Below are positions 23,901 to 41,900 of a stretch of DNA of 64,000 bases, piece after piece. The translations under genes and the position numbers were made by a program. The stretch spans positions 100,998,001 to 101,062,000 of the forward strand of contig OZ024742.1 in NCBI GenBank assembly GCA_964016885.1, read 5' to 3'. The notes under the pieces were generated by a model. That model was given only the letters and a program-made list of their open reading frames with translations. It ran no database searches and was not told the DNA's origin. Position 1 is the stretch's first letter. Each line of letters begins with the position of its first letter. The DNA comes from Eledone cirrhosa (lineage: Eukaryota).

Positions 23901-26900
23901 CCATATACACCACCACACCACAACTACTACTGTGCCATATACACCACCACAACTACTACTATGTCATATACAGCACACCTCAACTGCTACTGTGTCATAC
24001 ACATCACACCACAACTACTACTATGTCATATACAGCACACCACAACTACTACTGTGTCATATACACCACACCACAACTACTACTATGTCATATACAGCAC
24101 ACCACAACTACTACTATGTCATACACATCACACCACAACTACTACTATGTCATATACACCACCACAACTACTACTGTGTCATACACAGCACACCACAACT
24201 ACTACTGTGTCATATACACCACCACAACTACTACTATGTCATATACAGCACACCACATCTACTACTGTGTCATATACACCACACCACAACTACTACTATG
24301 TCATATACACCACCACAACTACTACTGTGTCATACACAGCACACCACAACTACTACTGTGTCATATACACCACCACAACTACTACTATGTCATATACAGC
24401 ACACCACAACTACTACTGTGTCATATACACCACACCACAACTACTACTATGTCATACACATCACACCACAACTACTACTATGTCATATACACTACCACAA
24501 CTACTACTGTGTCATACACAGCACACCACAACTGCTACTGTGTCATATACATCACACCACAACTACTACTGTGTCATATACACCACACCACAACTACTAC
24601 TGTGTCATATACACCACCACACCACAACTACTACTGTGTCATATACACCACCACAGCACAACTACTACTGTGTCATATACACCACACCACAACTACTACT
24701 GTGTCATACACACCACCACACCACAACTACTACTGTGTCATATACACCACCACACCACAACTACTACTATGTCATATACACCACCACACCACACCTACTA
24801 CTGTGTCATATACACCACACCACAACTACTACCGTGTCATATACACCACACCACAACCACTACTGGGTTATATACACTACCACAACTACTACTGTGTCAT
24901 AAACACCACCACACCACAACTACTACTATGTCATATACACCACACCACAACCACTACTGGGTTATATACACTACCACAACTACTACTGTGTCATATACAC
25001 CACCACACCACAACTACTACCGTGTCATATACACCACACCACAACCACTACTGGGTTATATACACTACCACAACTACTACTGTGTCATAAACACCACCAC
25101 ACCACAACTACTACTATGTCATATACACCACACCACAACCACTACTGGGTCATATACACCACACCACAACTACTACTGTGTCATATACACCACACCACAA
25201 CTACTACTATGTCATATACACCACACCACCACACCACAACTACTACTGTGTCATATACACCACCACACCACAACTACTACTATGTCATATACACCACACC
25301 ACAACCACTACTGGGTCATATACACCACACCACAACTACTACTGTGTCATATACACCACACCACAACTACTACTATGTCATATATACCACACTACAACTA
25401 CTACTGTGTCATATACACCACCACACCACAACTACTACTGTGTCATATACACCACACCACAACTACTACTGTGTCATATACACCACACCACAACTACTAC
25501 TGTGTCATATACACCACCACAACTATTACTATGTCATATACACCACCAACCACAACTACTACTATGTCATATACACCACCACACCACAACTACTACTGTG
25601 TCATATACACCACACCACAACTACTACTGTGTCATATACACCACACCACAACTACTACTGTGTCATATACACCACCACAACTATTACTATGTCATATACA
25701 CCACCAACCACAACTACTACTATGTCATATACACCACCACACCACAACTACTGCTGTGTTATATACACCACACCACAACTACTACTGTGTCATATACCCC
25801 ACACCACAACTACTGCTGTGTTATATACACCACACCACAACTACTACTGTGTCATATACACCACCACAACTACTACTGTGTCATATACACCACACCACAA
25901 CTACTACTGTGTCATATACACCACACCACAACTACTACTGTGTCATATACACCACCACAACTACTACTGTGTCATATACACCACCACAACTACTACTGTG
26001 TCATATACACCACAACTACTACTGTGTCATATACACCAACACAACTACTACTATGTCATATACACCACACCACAACTACTACTGTGTCATATACACCACA
26101 ACTACTACTGTGTCATATACACCACCACAACTACTACACTGTCATATACACCACCACACCACAACTACTACAATGTCATATACACCACCACACCACAACT
26201 ACTACTATGTCATATACACCACACCACAACTACTACTGTGACACATACACCACCACACCACAACTACTACTATGTCATATACACCACCCCACAACTACTA
26301 CTATGTCATATACACCACACCACAACTACTACTGTGACACATACACCACCACACCACAACTACTACTGTGTCATATACACCACCACAACTACTACTGTGT
26401 CATATACACCACACCACAACTACTACTATGTCATATACACCACCCCACAAATACTACTGTGTCATATACACCACCACACCACAACTACTACTATGTCATA
26501 TACACCACCCCACAACTACTACTGTGTCATATACACCACACCACAACTACTACTGTGTCATAGACACCACACCACAACTACTACTGTGTCATATACAGCA
26601 CACCTCAACTACTACTGTGTCATATACACCACACCACAACTACAACTGTGTCATATACACCACCACAACTACTACTTTGTCATATACACCACCACACCAC
26701 AACTACTACTATGTCATAAACACCACCACACCACAACTACTACTGTGTCATATACACCACACCACAACCACTACTGGGTCATATACACCACACCACAACT
26801 ACTACTGTGTCATATACACCACCACAACTACTACTTTGTCATATACACCACCACACCACAACTACTACTATGTCATAAACACCACCACACCACAACTACT

Positions 26901-29900
26901 ACTGTGTCATATACACCACACCACAACCACTACTGGGTCATATACACCACACCACAACCACTACTGGGTCATATACACCACACCACAACTACTACTGTGT
27001 CATATACACCACCACACCACAACTACTACTGTGACATAGACACCACACCACAACTAGTACTATGTCATATACACCACACCACAACTGCTACTATGTCATA
27101 CACACCACCACACCACAACTACTACTGTGTCATATACACCACCATACCACAACTACTACTGTGTCATATACACCACCACACCACAACTACTACTGTGACA
27201 TAGACACCACACCACAACTAGTACTATGTCATATACACCACACCACAACTGCTACTATGTCATACACACCACCACACCACAACTACTACTGTGTCATATA
27301 CACCACCACACCACAACCACTACTGTGTCATATACACCACCAGACCACACCACAACTACTACTATGTCAGATACACCACACTACAACTACTACTGTGTCA
27401 TATACACCACAACTACTACTGTGTCATATACACCACCACAACTACTACTATGTCATACACACAACACCAGAACTGCTACTCTGTCATATACACCACACCA
27501 CAACTACTACTATGTCATATACACTACACCACAACTACTACTGTGTCATATACACACCACCACAACTACTACTTTGTCATTTACATCACCACAACTACTA
27601 CTATGTCATAAACACCACCACACCACAACTACTACTATGTCATATACACCACACCACAACCACTACTGGGTCATATACACCACACCACAACTACTACTGT
27701 GACATAGACACCACACCACAACTAGTACTATGTCATATACACCACCACAACTACTACTGTGTCATATACACCACCACACCACAAGTTCTACTATGTCATA
27801 TACACCACATCACACCACAACTACTACTGTGTCATATACACCACCACACCACAACCACTACTGTGTCATATACACCACAACTACTACTGTGTCATATACA
27901 CCACCACACCACAACCACTACTGTGTCATATACACCACAACTACTACTGTGTCATATACACCACACCACAACTACTACTCTGTCATATACACCACAACTC
28001 TACAAATACTACTGTGTCATATACACACCACACCACAACTGCTACTATGTCATACACACCACCACACCACAACTACTACTGTGTCATATACACCACCACA
28101 ACTACTGCTGTGTTATATACACCACAACTACTACTTTGTCATATACACCACACCACAGCTACTACTGTGTTATATACACCACCACAACTACTACTTTGTC
28201 ATACACACCACCACACCACAACTACTACTGTGTCATAGACACCACACCACAACTACTACTGTGTCATATACAGCACACCTCAACTACTACTGTGTCATAT
28301 ACACCACACCACAACTACTACTGTGTCATATACACCACCACAACTACTACTATGTCATAAACACCACCACACCACAACTACTACTATGTCATATACACCA
28401 CCACACCACAACTACTACTATGTCATAAACACCACCACACCACAACTACTACTATGTCATATACACCACACCACAACCACTACTGGGTCATATACACCAC
28501 ACCACAACTACTACTGTGCCATATACACCACCACACCACAACTACTACTGTGCCATATACACCACCACAACTACTACTATGTCATATACAGCACACCTCA
28601 ACTGCTACTGTGTCATACACATCACACCACAACTACTACTATGTCATATACAGCACACCACAACTACTACTGTGTCATATACACCACACCACAACTACTA
28701 CTATGTCATATACAGCACACCACAACTACTACTATGTCATACACATCACACCACAACTACTACTATGTCATATACACCACCACAACTACTACTGTGTCAT
28801 ACACAGCACACCACAACTACTACTGTGTCATATACACCACCACAACTACTACTATGTCATATACAGCACACCACATCTACTACTGTGTCATATACACCAC
28901 ACCACAACTACTACTATGTCATATACACCACCACAACTACTACTGTGTCATACACAGCACACCACAACTACTACTGTGTCATATACACCACCACAACTAC
29001 TACTATGTCATATACAGCACACCACAACTACTACTGTGTCATATACACCACACCACAACTACTACTATGTCATACACATCACACCACAACTACTACTATG
29101 TCATATACACTACCACAACTACTACTGTGTCATACACAGCACACCACAACTGCTACTGTGTCATATACATCACACCACAACTACTACTGTGTCATATACA
29201 CCACACCACAACTACTACTGTGTCATATACACCACCACACCACAACTACTACTGTGTCATATACACCACCACAGCACAACTACTACTGTGTCATATACAC
29301 CACACCACAACTACTACTGTGTCATACACACCACCACACCACAACTACTACTGTGTCATACACACCACCACACTTCAACGACTACTGTGTCATATACACC
29401 ACCACAACTACTACTGTGTCATATACACCACACCACAACTACTACTGTGTCATATACACCACACCACAACTACTACTGTGTCATATACACCACACCACAA
29501 CTACTACTGTGTCATATACACCACCACACCACAACTACTACTGTGTCATATACACCACCACAACTACTACTGTGTCATATACACCACCACACCACAACTA
29601 CTACTGTGTCATATACACCACCACACCACAACTACTACAGTGTCATATACACCACCACAACTACTACTGTGTCATATACACCACACCACAACTACTACTG
29701 TGTCATATACACCACACCACAACTACTACTGTGTCATATACACCACACCACAACTACTACTGTGTAATATACACCACCACACCACAACTACTACAGTGTC
29801 ATATACACCACCACAACTACTACTGTGTCATATACACCACCACAACTACTACTGTGTAATATACACCACCACACCACAACTACTACTGTGTCATATACAC

Positions 29901-32900
29901 CACCACACCACAACTACTACTGTGTCATATACACCACCACAACTACTACTGTGTCATATACACCACACCACAACTACTACTGTGTCATATACACCACACC
30001 ACAACTACTACTGTGTCATATACACCACCACACCACAACTACTACTATGTCATATACACCACCACACCACACCTACTACTGTGTCATATACACCACACCA
30101 CAACTACTACCGTGTCATATACACCACCACACCACAACCACTACTGGGTTATATACACTACCACAACTACTACTGTGTCATAAACACCACCACACCACAA
30201 CTACTACTATGTCATAAACACCACCACACCACAACTACTACTATGTCATATACACCACACCACAACCACTACTGGGTCATATACACCACACCACAACTAC
30301 TACTGTGTCATATACACCACACCACAACTACTACTATGTCATATACACCACACTACAACTACTACTGTGTCATATACACCACCACACCACAACTACTACT
30401 ATGTCATATACACCACACCACAACCACTACTGGGTCATATACACCACCAACCACAACTACTACTATGTCATATACACCACACCACAACTACTACTATGTC
30501 ATATATACCACACTACAACTACTACTGTGTCATATACACCACCACACCACAACTACTACTATGTCATATACACCACCACAACTATTACTATGTCATATAC
30601 ACCACCAACCACAACTACTACTATGTCATATACACCACCACACCACAACTACTGCTGTGTTATATACACCACACCACAACTACTACTGTGTCATATACAC
30701 CACCACAACTACTACTGTGTCATATACACCACACCACAACTACTACTGTGTCATATACACCACACCACAACTACTACTGTGTCATATACACCACCACAAC
30801 TACTACTGTGTCATATACACCACCACACCACAACTACTACTGTGTCATATACACCACACCACAACTACTACTGTGTCATATACACCACCACAACTACTAC
30901 TGTGTCATATACACCACCACACCACAACTACTACTGTGTCATATACACCACACCACAACTACTACTGTGTCATATACACCACACCACAACTACTACTGCG
31001 TCATATACACCACCACAACTACTACTGTGTCATATACACCACCACAACTACTACTGTGTCATATACACCACCACACCACAACTACTACTGTGTCATATAC
31101 ACCACACAACAACTACTACTATGTCATATACACCACCACACCACAACTACTACTGTGTCATATACACCAACACAACTACTACTATGTCATATACACCACA
31201 CCACAACTACTACTGTGTCATATACCCCACACCACAACTACTACTGTGTCATATACACCACAACTACTACTGTGTCATATACACCACACAACTACTACAC
31301 TGTCATATACACCACCACACCACAACTACTACAATGTCATATACACCACCACACCACAACTGCTACTGTGTCATATACACCACACCACAACTACTACTAT
31401 GTCATATACACCACCCCACAACTACTACTATGTCATATACACCACACCACAACTACTACTGTGACACATACACCACCACACCACAACTACTACTATGTCA
31501 TATACACCACCCCACAACTACTACTATGTCATATACACCACACCACAACTACTACTGTGACACATACACCACCACACCACAACTACTACTATGTCATATA
31601 CACTACACCACAACTACTACTGTGTCATATACACCACACCACAACTACTACTATGGCATATACAACACACCACAACTACTACTGTGTCATATACACCACA
31701 ACACAACTACTACTATGGCATATACAACACACCACAACTACTACTGTGTCATATACACCACCACAACTACTACTGTGTCATATACACCACCACACCACAA
31801 CTACTACTATGTCATATACACCACCCCACAAATACTACTGTGTCATATACACCACCACACCACAACTACTACTATGTCATATACACCACCCCACAACTAC
31901 TACTGTGTCATATACACCACACCACAACTACTACTGTGTCATAGACACCACACCACAACTACTACTGTGTCATATACAGCACACCTCAACTACTACTGTG
32001 TCATATACACCACACCACAACTACAACTGTGTCATATACACCACCACAACTACTACTTTGTCATATACACCACCACACCACAACTACTACTATGTCATAA
32101 ACACCACCACACCACAACTACTACTGTGTCATATACACCACACCACAACCACTACTGGGTCATATACACCACACCACAACTACTACTGTGTCATATACAC
32201 CACCACACCACAACTACTACTGTGACATAGACACCACACCACAACTAGTACTATGTCATATACACCACACCACAACTGCTACTATGTCATACACACCACC
32301 ACACCACAACTACTACTGTGTCATATACACCACCACACCACAACCACTACTGTGTCATATACACCACCAGACCACACCACAACTACTACTATGTCAGATA
32401 CACCACACTACAACTACTACTGTGTCATATACACCACAACTACTACTGTGTCATATACACCACCACAACTACTACTATGTCATACACACAACACCAGAAC
32501 TGCTACTCTGTCATATACACCACACCACAACTACTACTATGTCATATACACTACACCACAACTACTACTGTGTCATATACACACCACCACAACTACTACT
32601 TTGTCATTTACACCACCACAACTACTACTATGTCATAAACACCACCACACCACAACTACTACTATGTCATATACACCACACCACAACCACTACTGGGTCA
32701 TATACACCACACCACAACTACTACTGTGTCATATACACCACACTACAACTACTACTATGTCATATACACCACACTACAACTACTACTGTGTCATATACAC
32801 CACACCACAACTACTACTATGTCATATACACCACCACACCACAACTACTACTGTGTCATATACACCACCACAACTACTACTATGTCATACACACAACACC

Positions 32901-35900
32901 AGAACTGCTACTCTGTCATATACACCACACCACAACTACTACTATGTCATATACACTACACCACAACTACTACTGTGTCATATACACACCACCACAACTA
33001 CTACTTTGTCATTTACACCACCACAACTACTACTATGTCATAAACACCACCACACCACAACTACTACTATGTCATATACACCACACCACAACCACTACTG
33101 GGTCATATACACCACACCACAACTACTACTGTGACATAGACACCACACCACAACTAGTACCATGTCATATACACCACCACAACTACTACTGTGTCATATA
33201 CACCACCACACCACAAGTTCTACTATGTCATATACACCACATCACACCACAACTACTACTGTGTCATATACACCACCACACCACAACCACTACTGTGTCA
33301 TATACACCACAACTACTACTGTGTCATATACACCACCACACCACAACCACTACTGTGTCATATACACCACAACTACTACTGTGTCATATACACCACCACA
33401 CCACAACTACTACTCTGTCATATACACCACAACTCTACAAATACTACTGTGTCATATACACACCACACCACAACTGCTACTATGTCATACACACCACCAC
33501 ACCACAACTACTACTGTGTCATATACACCACCATACCACAACTACTACTCTGTCATATACACCACAACTCTACAAATACTACTGTGTCATATACACACCA
33601 CACCACAACTGCTACTATGTCATACACACCACCACACCACAACTACTACTATGTCATATACACCACACCACAACTGCTACTATGTCATACACACCACCAC
33701 ACCACAACTACTACTGTGTCATATACACCACCACACCACAACTGCTACTATGTCATACACACCACCACACCACAACTACTACTATGTCATATACACCACA
33801 CCACAACTGCTACTATGTCATACACACCACCACACCACAACTACTACTGTGTCATATACACCACCACACCACAACTACTACTGTGTCATATACACCACAC
33901 CACAACTACTACTATGTCATACACACCACCACACCACAACTACTACTGTGTCATATACACCACCACAACTACTGCTGTGTTATATACACCACAACTACTA
34001 CTTTGTCATATACACCACACCACAACTACTACTGTGTTATATACACCACCCCTCAACTACGACTGTGTCATATACACCACACCACAACTACTACTTTGTC
34101 ATATACACCACACCACAACTACTACTGTGTTATATACACCACCCCTCAACTACGACTGTGTCATATACACCACACCACAACTACTACTTTGTCATATACA
34201 CCACACCACAACTACTACTGTGTTATATACACCACCCCTCAACTACGACTGTGTCATATACACCACACCACAACTACTACTGTGTCATATACACCACCAC
34301 AACTACTACTGTGTCATATACACCACCACACCACAACTACTACTGTGTCATATACACCACACCACAACTACTACTTTGTCATATACACCACCACACCACA
34401 ACTACTACTGTGTCATATACACCACCACAACTACTACTGTGTCATATACACCACCACACCACAACTACTACTGTGTCATATACACCACACCACAACTACT
34501 ACTTTGTCATATACACCACCACACCACAACTACTACTGTGTCATATACACCACCACAACTACTACTTTGTCATATACACCACCACACCACAACTACTACT
34601 GTGTCATATACACCACACCACAACTACTACTGTGTCATATACACCACCACAACTACTACTTTGTCATATACACCACCACACCACAACTACTACTGTGTCA
34701 TAGACACCACACCACAACTACTACTGTGTCATATACAGCACACCTCAACTACTACTGTGTCATATACACCACACCACAACTACTACTGTGTCATATACAC
34801 CACCACAACTACTACTATGTCATAAACACCACCACACCACAACTACTACTATGTCATATACACCACCACACCACAACTACTACTATGTCATAAACACCAC
34901 CACACCACAACTACTACTATGTCATATACACCACACCACAACCACTACTGGGTCATATACACCACACCACAACTACTACTGTGACATAGACACCACACCA
35001 CAACTAGTACTATGTCATATACACCACACCACAACTGCTACTATGTCATACACACCACCACACCACAACTACTACTGTGTCATATACACCACCATACCAC
35101 AACTACTACTGTGTCATATACACCACCACAACCACTACTGTGTCATATACACCACCACACCACACCACAATTACTACTGTGTCATATACACCACACCACC
35201 ACTACTACTATGTCATATACACTACACCACAACTACTACTGTGTCATATACACCACCACAACTACTACTTTGTCATTTACACCACCACAACTACTACTAT
35301 GTCATATACACCACACCACAACCACTACTGGGTCATATACACCACACCACAACTACTACTATGTCATATACACCACACTACAACTACTACTGTGTCATAT
35401 ACACCACACCACAACTACTACTATGTCATATACACCACCACACCACAACTACTACTGTGTCATATACACCACAACTACTACTATGTCATATACACCACAC
35501 CACAACCACTACTGGGTCATATACACCACCACACCACACCACAACTACTACTGTGTTATATACACCACCCCTCAACTACGACTGTGTCATATACACCACA
35601 CCACAACTACTACTGTGTCATATACACCACCACAACTACTACTATGTCATATACACCACACTACAACTACTACTGTGTCATATACACCGCCACACCACAG
35701 TTACTACTATGTCATACACACAACACCAGAACTGCTACTCTGTCATATACACCACACCACAACTACTACTGTGTCATATACACTACACCACAACTACTAC
35801 TGTGTCATATACACCACACCACAACTACTACTATGTCATATACACCACACCACAACTACTACTGGGTCATATACACCACCACACCACAACTACTGCTGTG

Positions 35901-38900
35901 TCATATACACCACACCACAACTACTACTATGTCATATACACCACACCACAACTACTACTATGTCATATACATCACCACACAACAACTACTACTGTGTTAT
36001 ATACACCACCACACCACAACTACTACTGTGTCATATACACCACACCACAACTACTACTATGTCATATACACCACACCACAACTACTACTGGGTCATATAC
36101 ACCACCACACCACAACTACTGCTGTGTCATATACACCACACCACAACTACTACTATGTCATATACACCACACCACAACTACTACTGTGTCATATACACCA
36201 CCACACCACAACTACTACCGTGTCATATACACCACCACACCACAAGTTCTACTATGTCATATACACCACCACACCACAACTACTACTATGTCATATACAC
36301 CACATTACAACTACTACTGTGACAAATACACCACCACACCACAACTACTACTGTGTCATATACACCACACCACAACTACTACTATGTCATATACATCACC
36401 ACACAACAACTACTACTGTGTTATATACACCACCACACCACAACTACTACTGTGTCATATACACCACACCACAACTACTACTATGTCATATACACCACAC
36501 CACAACTACTACTGGGTCATATACATCACCACACAACAACTACTACTGTGTTATATACACCACCACACCACAACTACTGCTGTGTCATATACACCACACC
36601 ACAACTACTACTATGTCATATACACCACACCACAACTACTACTGTGTCATATACACCACCACACCACAACTACTACCGTGTCATATACACCACCACACCA
36701 CAAGTTCTACTATGTCATATACACCACCACACCACAACTACTACTATGTCATATACACCACATTACAACTACTACTGTGACAAATACACCACCACACCAC
36801 AACTACTACTATGTCATATACAGTACACCACAATTACTACTGTGTCATATACACAACCACAACTACTACTGTGTCATATACACCACACCACAACTACTAC
36901 TGTGTCATATACACCACACCACAACTACTACTGTGTCATATACACCACACCACAACTACTACTGTGTCATATACACCACACCACAACCACTACTGGGTCA
37001 TATACACACCACACCACAACTACTACTGTGTCATATACACAACCACAACTAGTACTGTGTCATATACACCACCACACCACACCACAACTACTACTATGTC
37101 ATATACACCACCACAACTACTACTATGTCATATACACCACCACAACTACTACTGTGTCATATACACCACCACACCACAACTACTACTATGTCATATACAC
37201 CACCCCACAAATACTACTATGTCATATACACCACACCACAACTACTACTGTGTCATACACACCACCACACCACAACTACTACTATGTCATATACACCACA
37301 CCACAACTACTACTGTGTCATATACACCACCACCCCACAAATACTACTATGTCATATACACCACACCACAACTACTACTGTGTCATATACACCACCACAC
37401 CACAACTACTACTGTGTCATATACACCACCCCACAACTAAGACTGTGTCATATACACCACCACACCACAACTACTACTGTGTCATATACACCACTACAAC
37501 TACTACTGTGTCATATACACCACACCACAACTACTACTATGTCATATACACCACACCACAACTACTACTATGTCATATACACCACCACACCACAACTACT
37601 ACTATGTCATATACACCACCACACCACAACCACTACTGTGTCATATACACCACCACACCACACCACAACTACTACTCTGTCATATACACACCACACCACA
37701 ACTACTACTGTGTCATATACACCACCACACCACAACTACTACTTTGTCATATACATCACCACAACTACTACTATGTCATATACACCACACCACAACTACT
37801 ACTGTGTCATATACACCACCACACCACAACTACTACTGTGTCATATACACCACCACACTACAACTACTACTGTGTCATATACACCACACCACAACTACTA
37901 CTGTGTCATATACACCACACCACAACTACTACTGTGTCATATACACCACACCACAACTACTACTGTGTCATATACACCACACCACAACCACTACTGTGTC
38001 ATATACACCACCCCACAACTACTACTGTGTCATATACACCACCACACCACAACTACTACTGTGTCATATACCCCACACCACAATACTACTGTGTCATATA
38101 CACCACACCACAACTACTACTGTGTCATATACACCACACCACAACTGCTACTGTGTCATACACATCACACCACAACTACTACTGTGTCATATACACCACA
38201 CCACAACTACTACTGTGTCATATACACCACCACACCACAACTACTACTGTGTCATATACACCACCATACTACAACTACTACTGTGTCATATACACCACCA
38301 CACCACAACTACTACTGTGTCATATTCACCACCACAACTACTACTATGTCATACACACCACCACACCACAACTACTACTGTGTCATACACACCACCACCC
38401 CACAACTGCTACTATGTCATACACACCACCACACCACAACTACTACTATGTCATATACACCACACCACAACTACTACTGTGTCATACACACCACCACACC
38501 ACAACTACTACTATGTCATATACACCACCACACTACAACTACTACTGTGACACATACACCACCACACTTCAACTACTACTGTGTCATACACACCACCACA
38601 CCACAACCACTACTGTGTCATATACACCACACCACAACTACTACTGTGTCATATACACCACACCACAACTACTACTATGTCATATACACCACCACACTAC
38701 AACTACTACTATGTCATATACACCACACCACAACTACTACTATGTCATATACACCACCACACTACAACTACTACTGTGACACATACACCACCACACTTCA
38801 ACTACTACTGTGTCATACACACCACCACACCACAACCACTACTGTGTCATATACACCACACCACAACTACTGCTGTGTCATATACACCACACCACAACTA

Positions 38901-41900
38901 CTACTATGTCATTTACACCACCACACCACAACTACTACTGTGTCATATACACCACACCACAACTACTGCTGTGTCATATACACCACACCACAACTACTAC
39001 TATGTCATATACACCACCACACTACAACTACTAATATGTCATATACACCACACCACAACTACTACTATGTCATATACACCACCACACTACAACTACTACT
39101 GTGACAAATACACCACCACACCACAACTACTACTATGTCATATACACTACACCACAATTACTACTGTGTCATATACACTACACCACAACTACTACTGTGT
39201 CATATACACCACACCACAACTACTACTGTGTCATATACACACCACACCACAACTACTACTGTGTCATATACACCACCACACCACAAGTTCTACTATGTCG
39301 TATACACCACCACACCACAACTACTACTATGTCATATACACCACCACACCACAACCACTACTGTGTCATATACACCACCACACCACAACTACTACTGTGT
39401 CATATACACCACCACAACTACTACTATGTCATACACACCACACCACAACTACTACTGTGTCATATACACCACCACACCACAACTACTACTGTGTCATATA
39501 CACCACCACACCACAACTACTACTGTGTCATATACACCACCACACCACAACTACTACTGTGTCATACACACCACCACACCACAACTACTACTGTGTCATA
39601 TACACCACCACACCACAACTACTACTGTGTCATATACACCACACCACAACTACTGCTGTGTCATATACACCACACCACAACTACTACTATGTCATTTACA
39701 CCACCACACCACAACTACTACTGTGTCATATACACCACACCACAACTACTGCTGTGTCATATACACCACACCACAACTACTACTATGTCATATACACCAC
39801 CACACTACAACTACTACTATGTCATATACACCACACCACAACTACTACTATGTCATATACACCACCACACTACAACTACTACTGTGACAAATACACCACC
39901 ACACCACAACTACTACTATGTCATATACACTACACCACAATTACTACTGTGTCATATACACTACACCACAACTACTACTGTGTCATATACACCACACCAC
40001 AACTACTACTGTGTCATATACACACCACACCACAACTACTACTGTGTCATATACACCACCACACCACAAGTTCTACTATGTCGTATACACCACCACACCA
40101 CAACTACTACTATGTCATATACACCACCACACCACAACCACTACTGTGTCATATACACCACCACACCACAACTACTACTGTGTCATATACACCACCACAA
40201 CTACTACTATGTCATACACACCACACCACAACTACTACTGTGTCATATACACCACCACACCACAACTACTACTGTGTCATATACACCACCACACCACAAC
40301 TACTACTGTGTCATATACACCACCACACCACAACTACTACTGTGTCATACACACCACCACACCACAACTACTACTGTGTCATATACACCACCACACCACA
40401 ACTACTACTGTGTCATATACACCACCACACCACAACTACTACTGTGTCATATACACCACCACACCACAACTACTACTGTGTCATATACACCACACCACAA
40501 CTACTACTGTGTCATATACACCACACCACAACTACTACTGTGTCATATACACCACCACACCACAACTACTGCTGTGTCATATACACCACACCACAACTAC
40601 TACTATGTCATATACACCACACCACAACTACTACTGTGTCATATACACCACACCACAACTACTACTATGTCATATACACCACACCACAACTACTACTGTG
40701 TCATATACACCACACCACAACTACTACTGTGTCATATACACCACACCACAACTACTACTGTGTCATATACACCACACCACAACTACTACTGTGTCATATA
40801 CACCACCACACCACAACTACTACTGTGTCATATACACCACCACACCACAACTACTACTGTGTCATATACACCACACCACAACTACTACTGTGTCATATAC
40901 ACCACACCACAACTACTACTGTGTCATATACACCACACCACAACTACTACTATGTCATATACACAACACCACAACTACTACTGTGTCATATACACCACAC
41001 CACAACTACTACTGTGTCATATACACCACACCACAACTACTACTGTGTCATATACACCACACCACAACTACTACTGTGTCATATACACCACACCACAACT
41101 ACTACTATGTCATATACACCACACCACAACTACTACTGTGTCATATAGACCACACCACAACTACTACTGTGTCATATACACCACACCACAACTACTACTG
41201 TGTCATATTCACCACACCACAACTACTACTATGTCATATACACCACACCACAACTACAACTGTGTCATATACACCACACCACAACTACTACTGTGTCATA
41301 TACACCACACCACAACTACTACTATGTCATACACACCACCACACCACAACTACTACTGTGTCATATACACCATACTACAACTACTACTGTGTCATATACA
41401 CCACACCACAACTACTACTATGTCATATACACCACCACACCACAACTACTACTGTGTCATATACACCACACTACAACTACTACTGTGTCATATGCACCAC
41501 CACAACTACTACTATGTCATATACACCACACTACAACTACTACTGTGACAAATACACCACCACACCACAACTACTACTATGTCATATACACTACACCACA
41601 ATTACTACTGTGTCATATACACTACACCACAACTACTACTGTGTCATATACACCACACCACAACTACTACTATGTCATATACACCACCACACCACAACTA
41701 CTACTGTGTCATATACACCACCACACCACAACTACTACTGTGTCATATACACCACCACAACTACTACTGTCTCATATACACCACCACACCACAACTACTA
41801 CTATGTCATATACACCACCACAACTACTACTGTGTCATATACACCACAACACAACTACTACTGTGTCATATACACCACACCACAACTACTACTATGTCAT

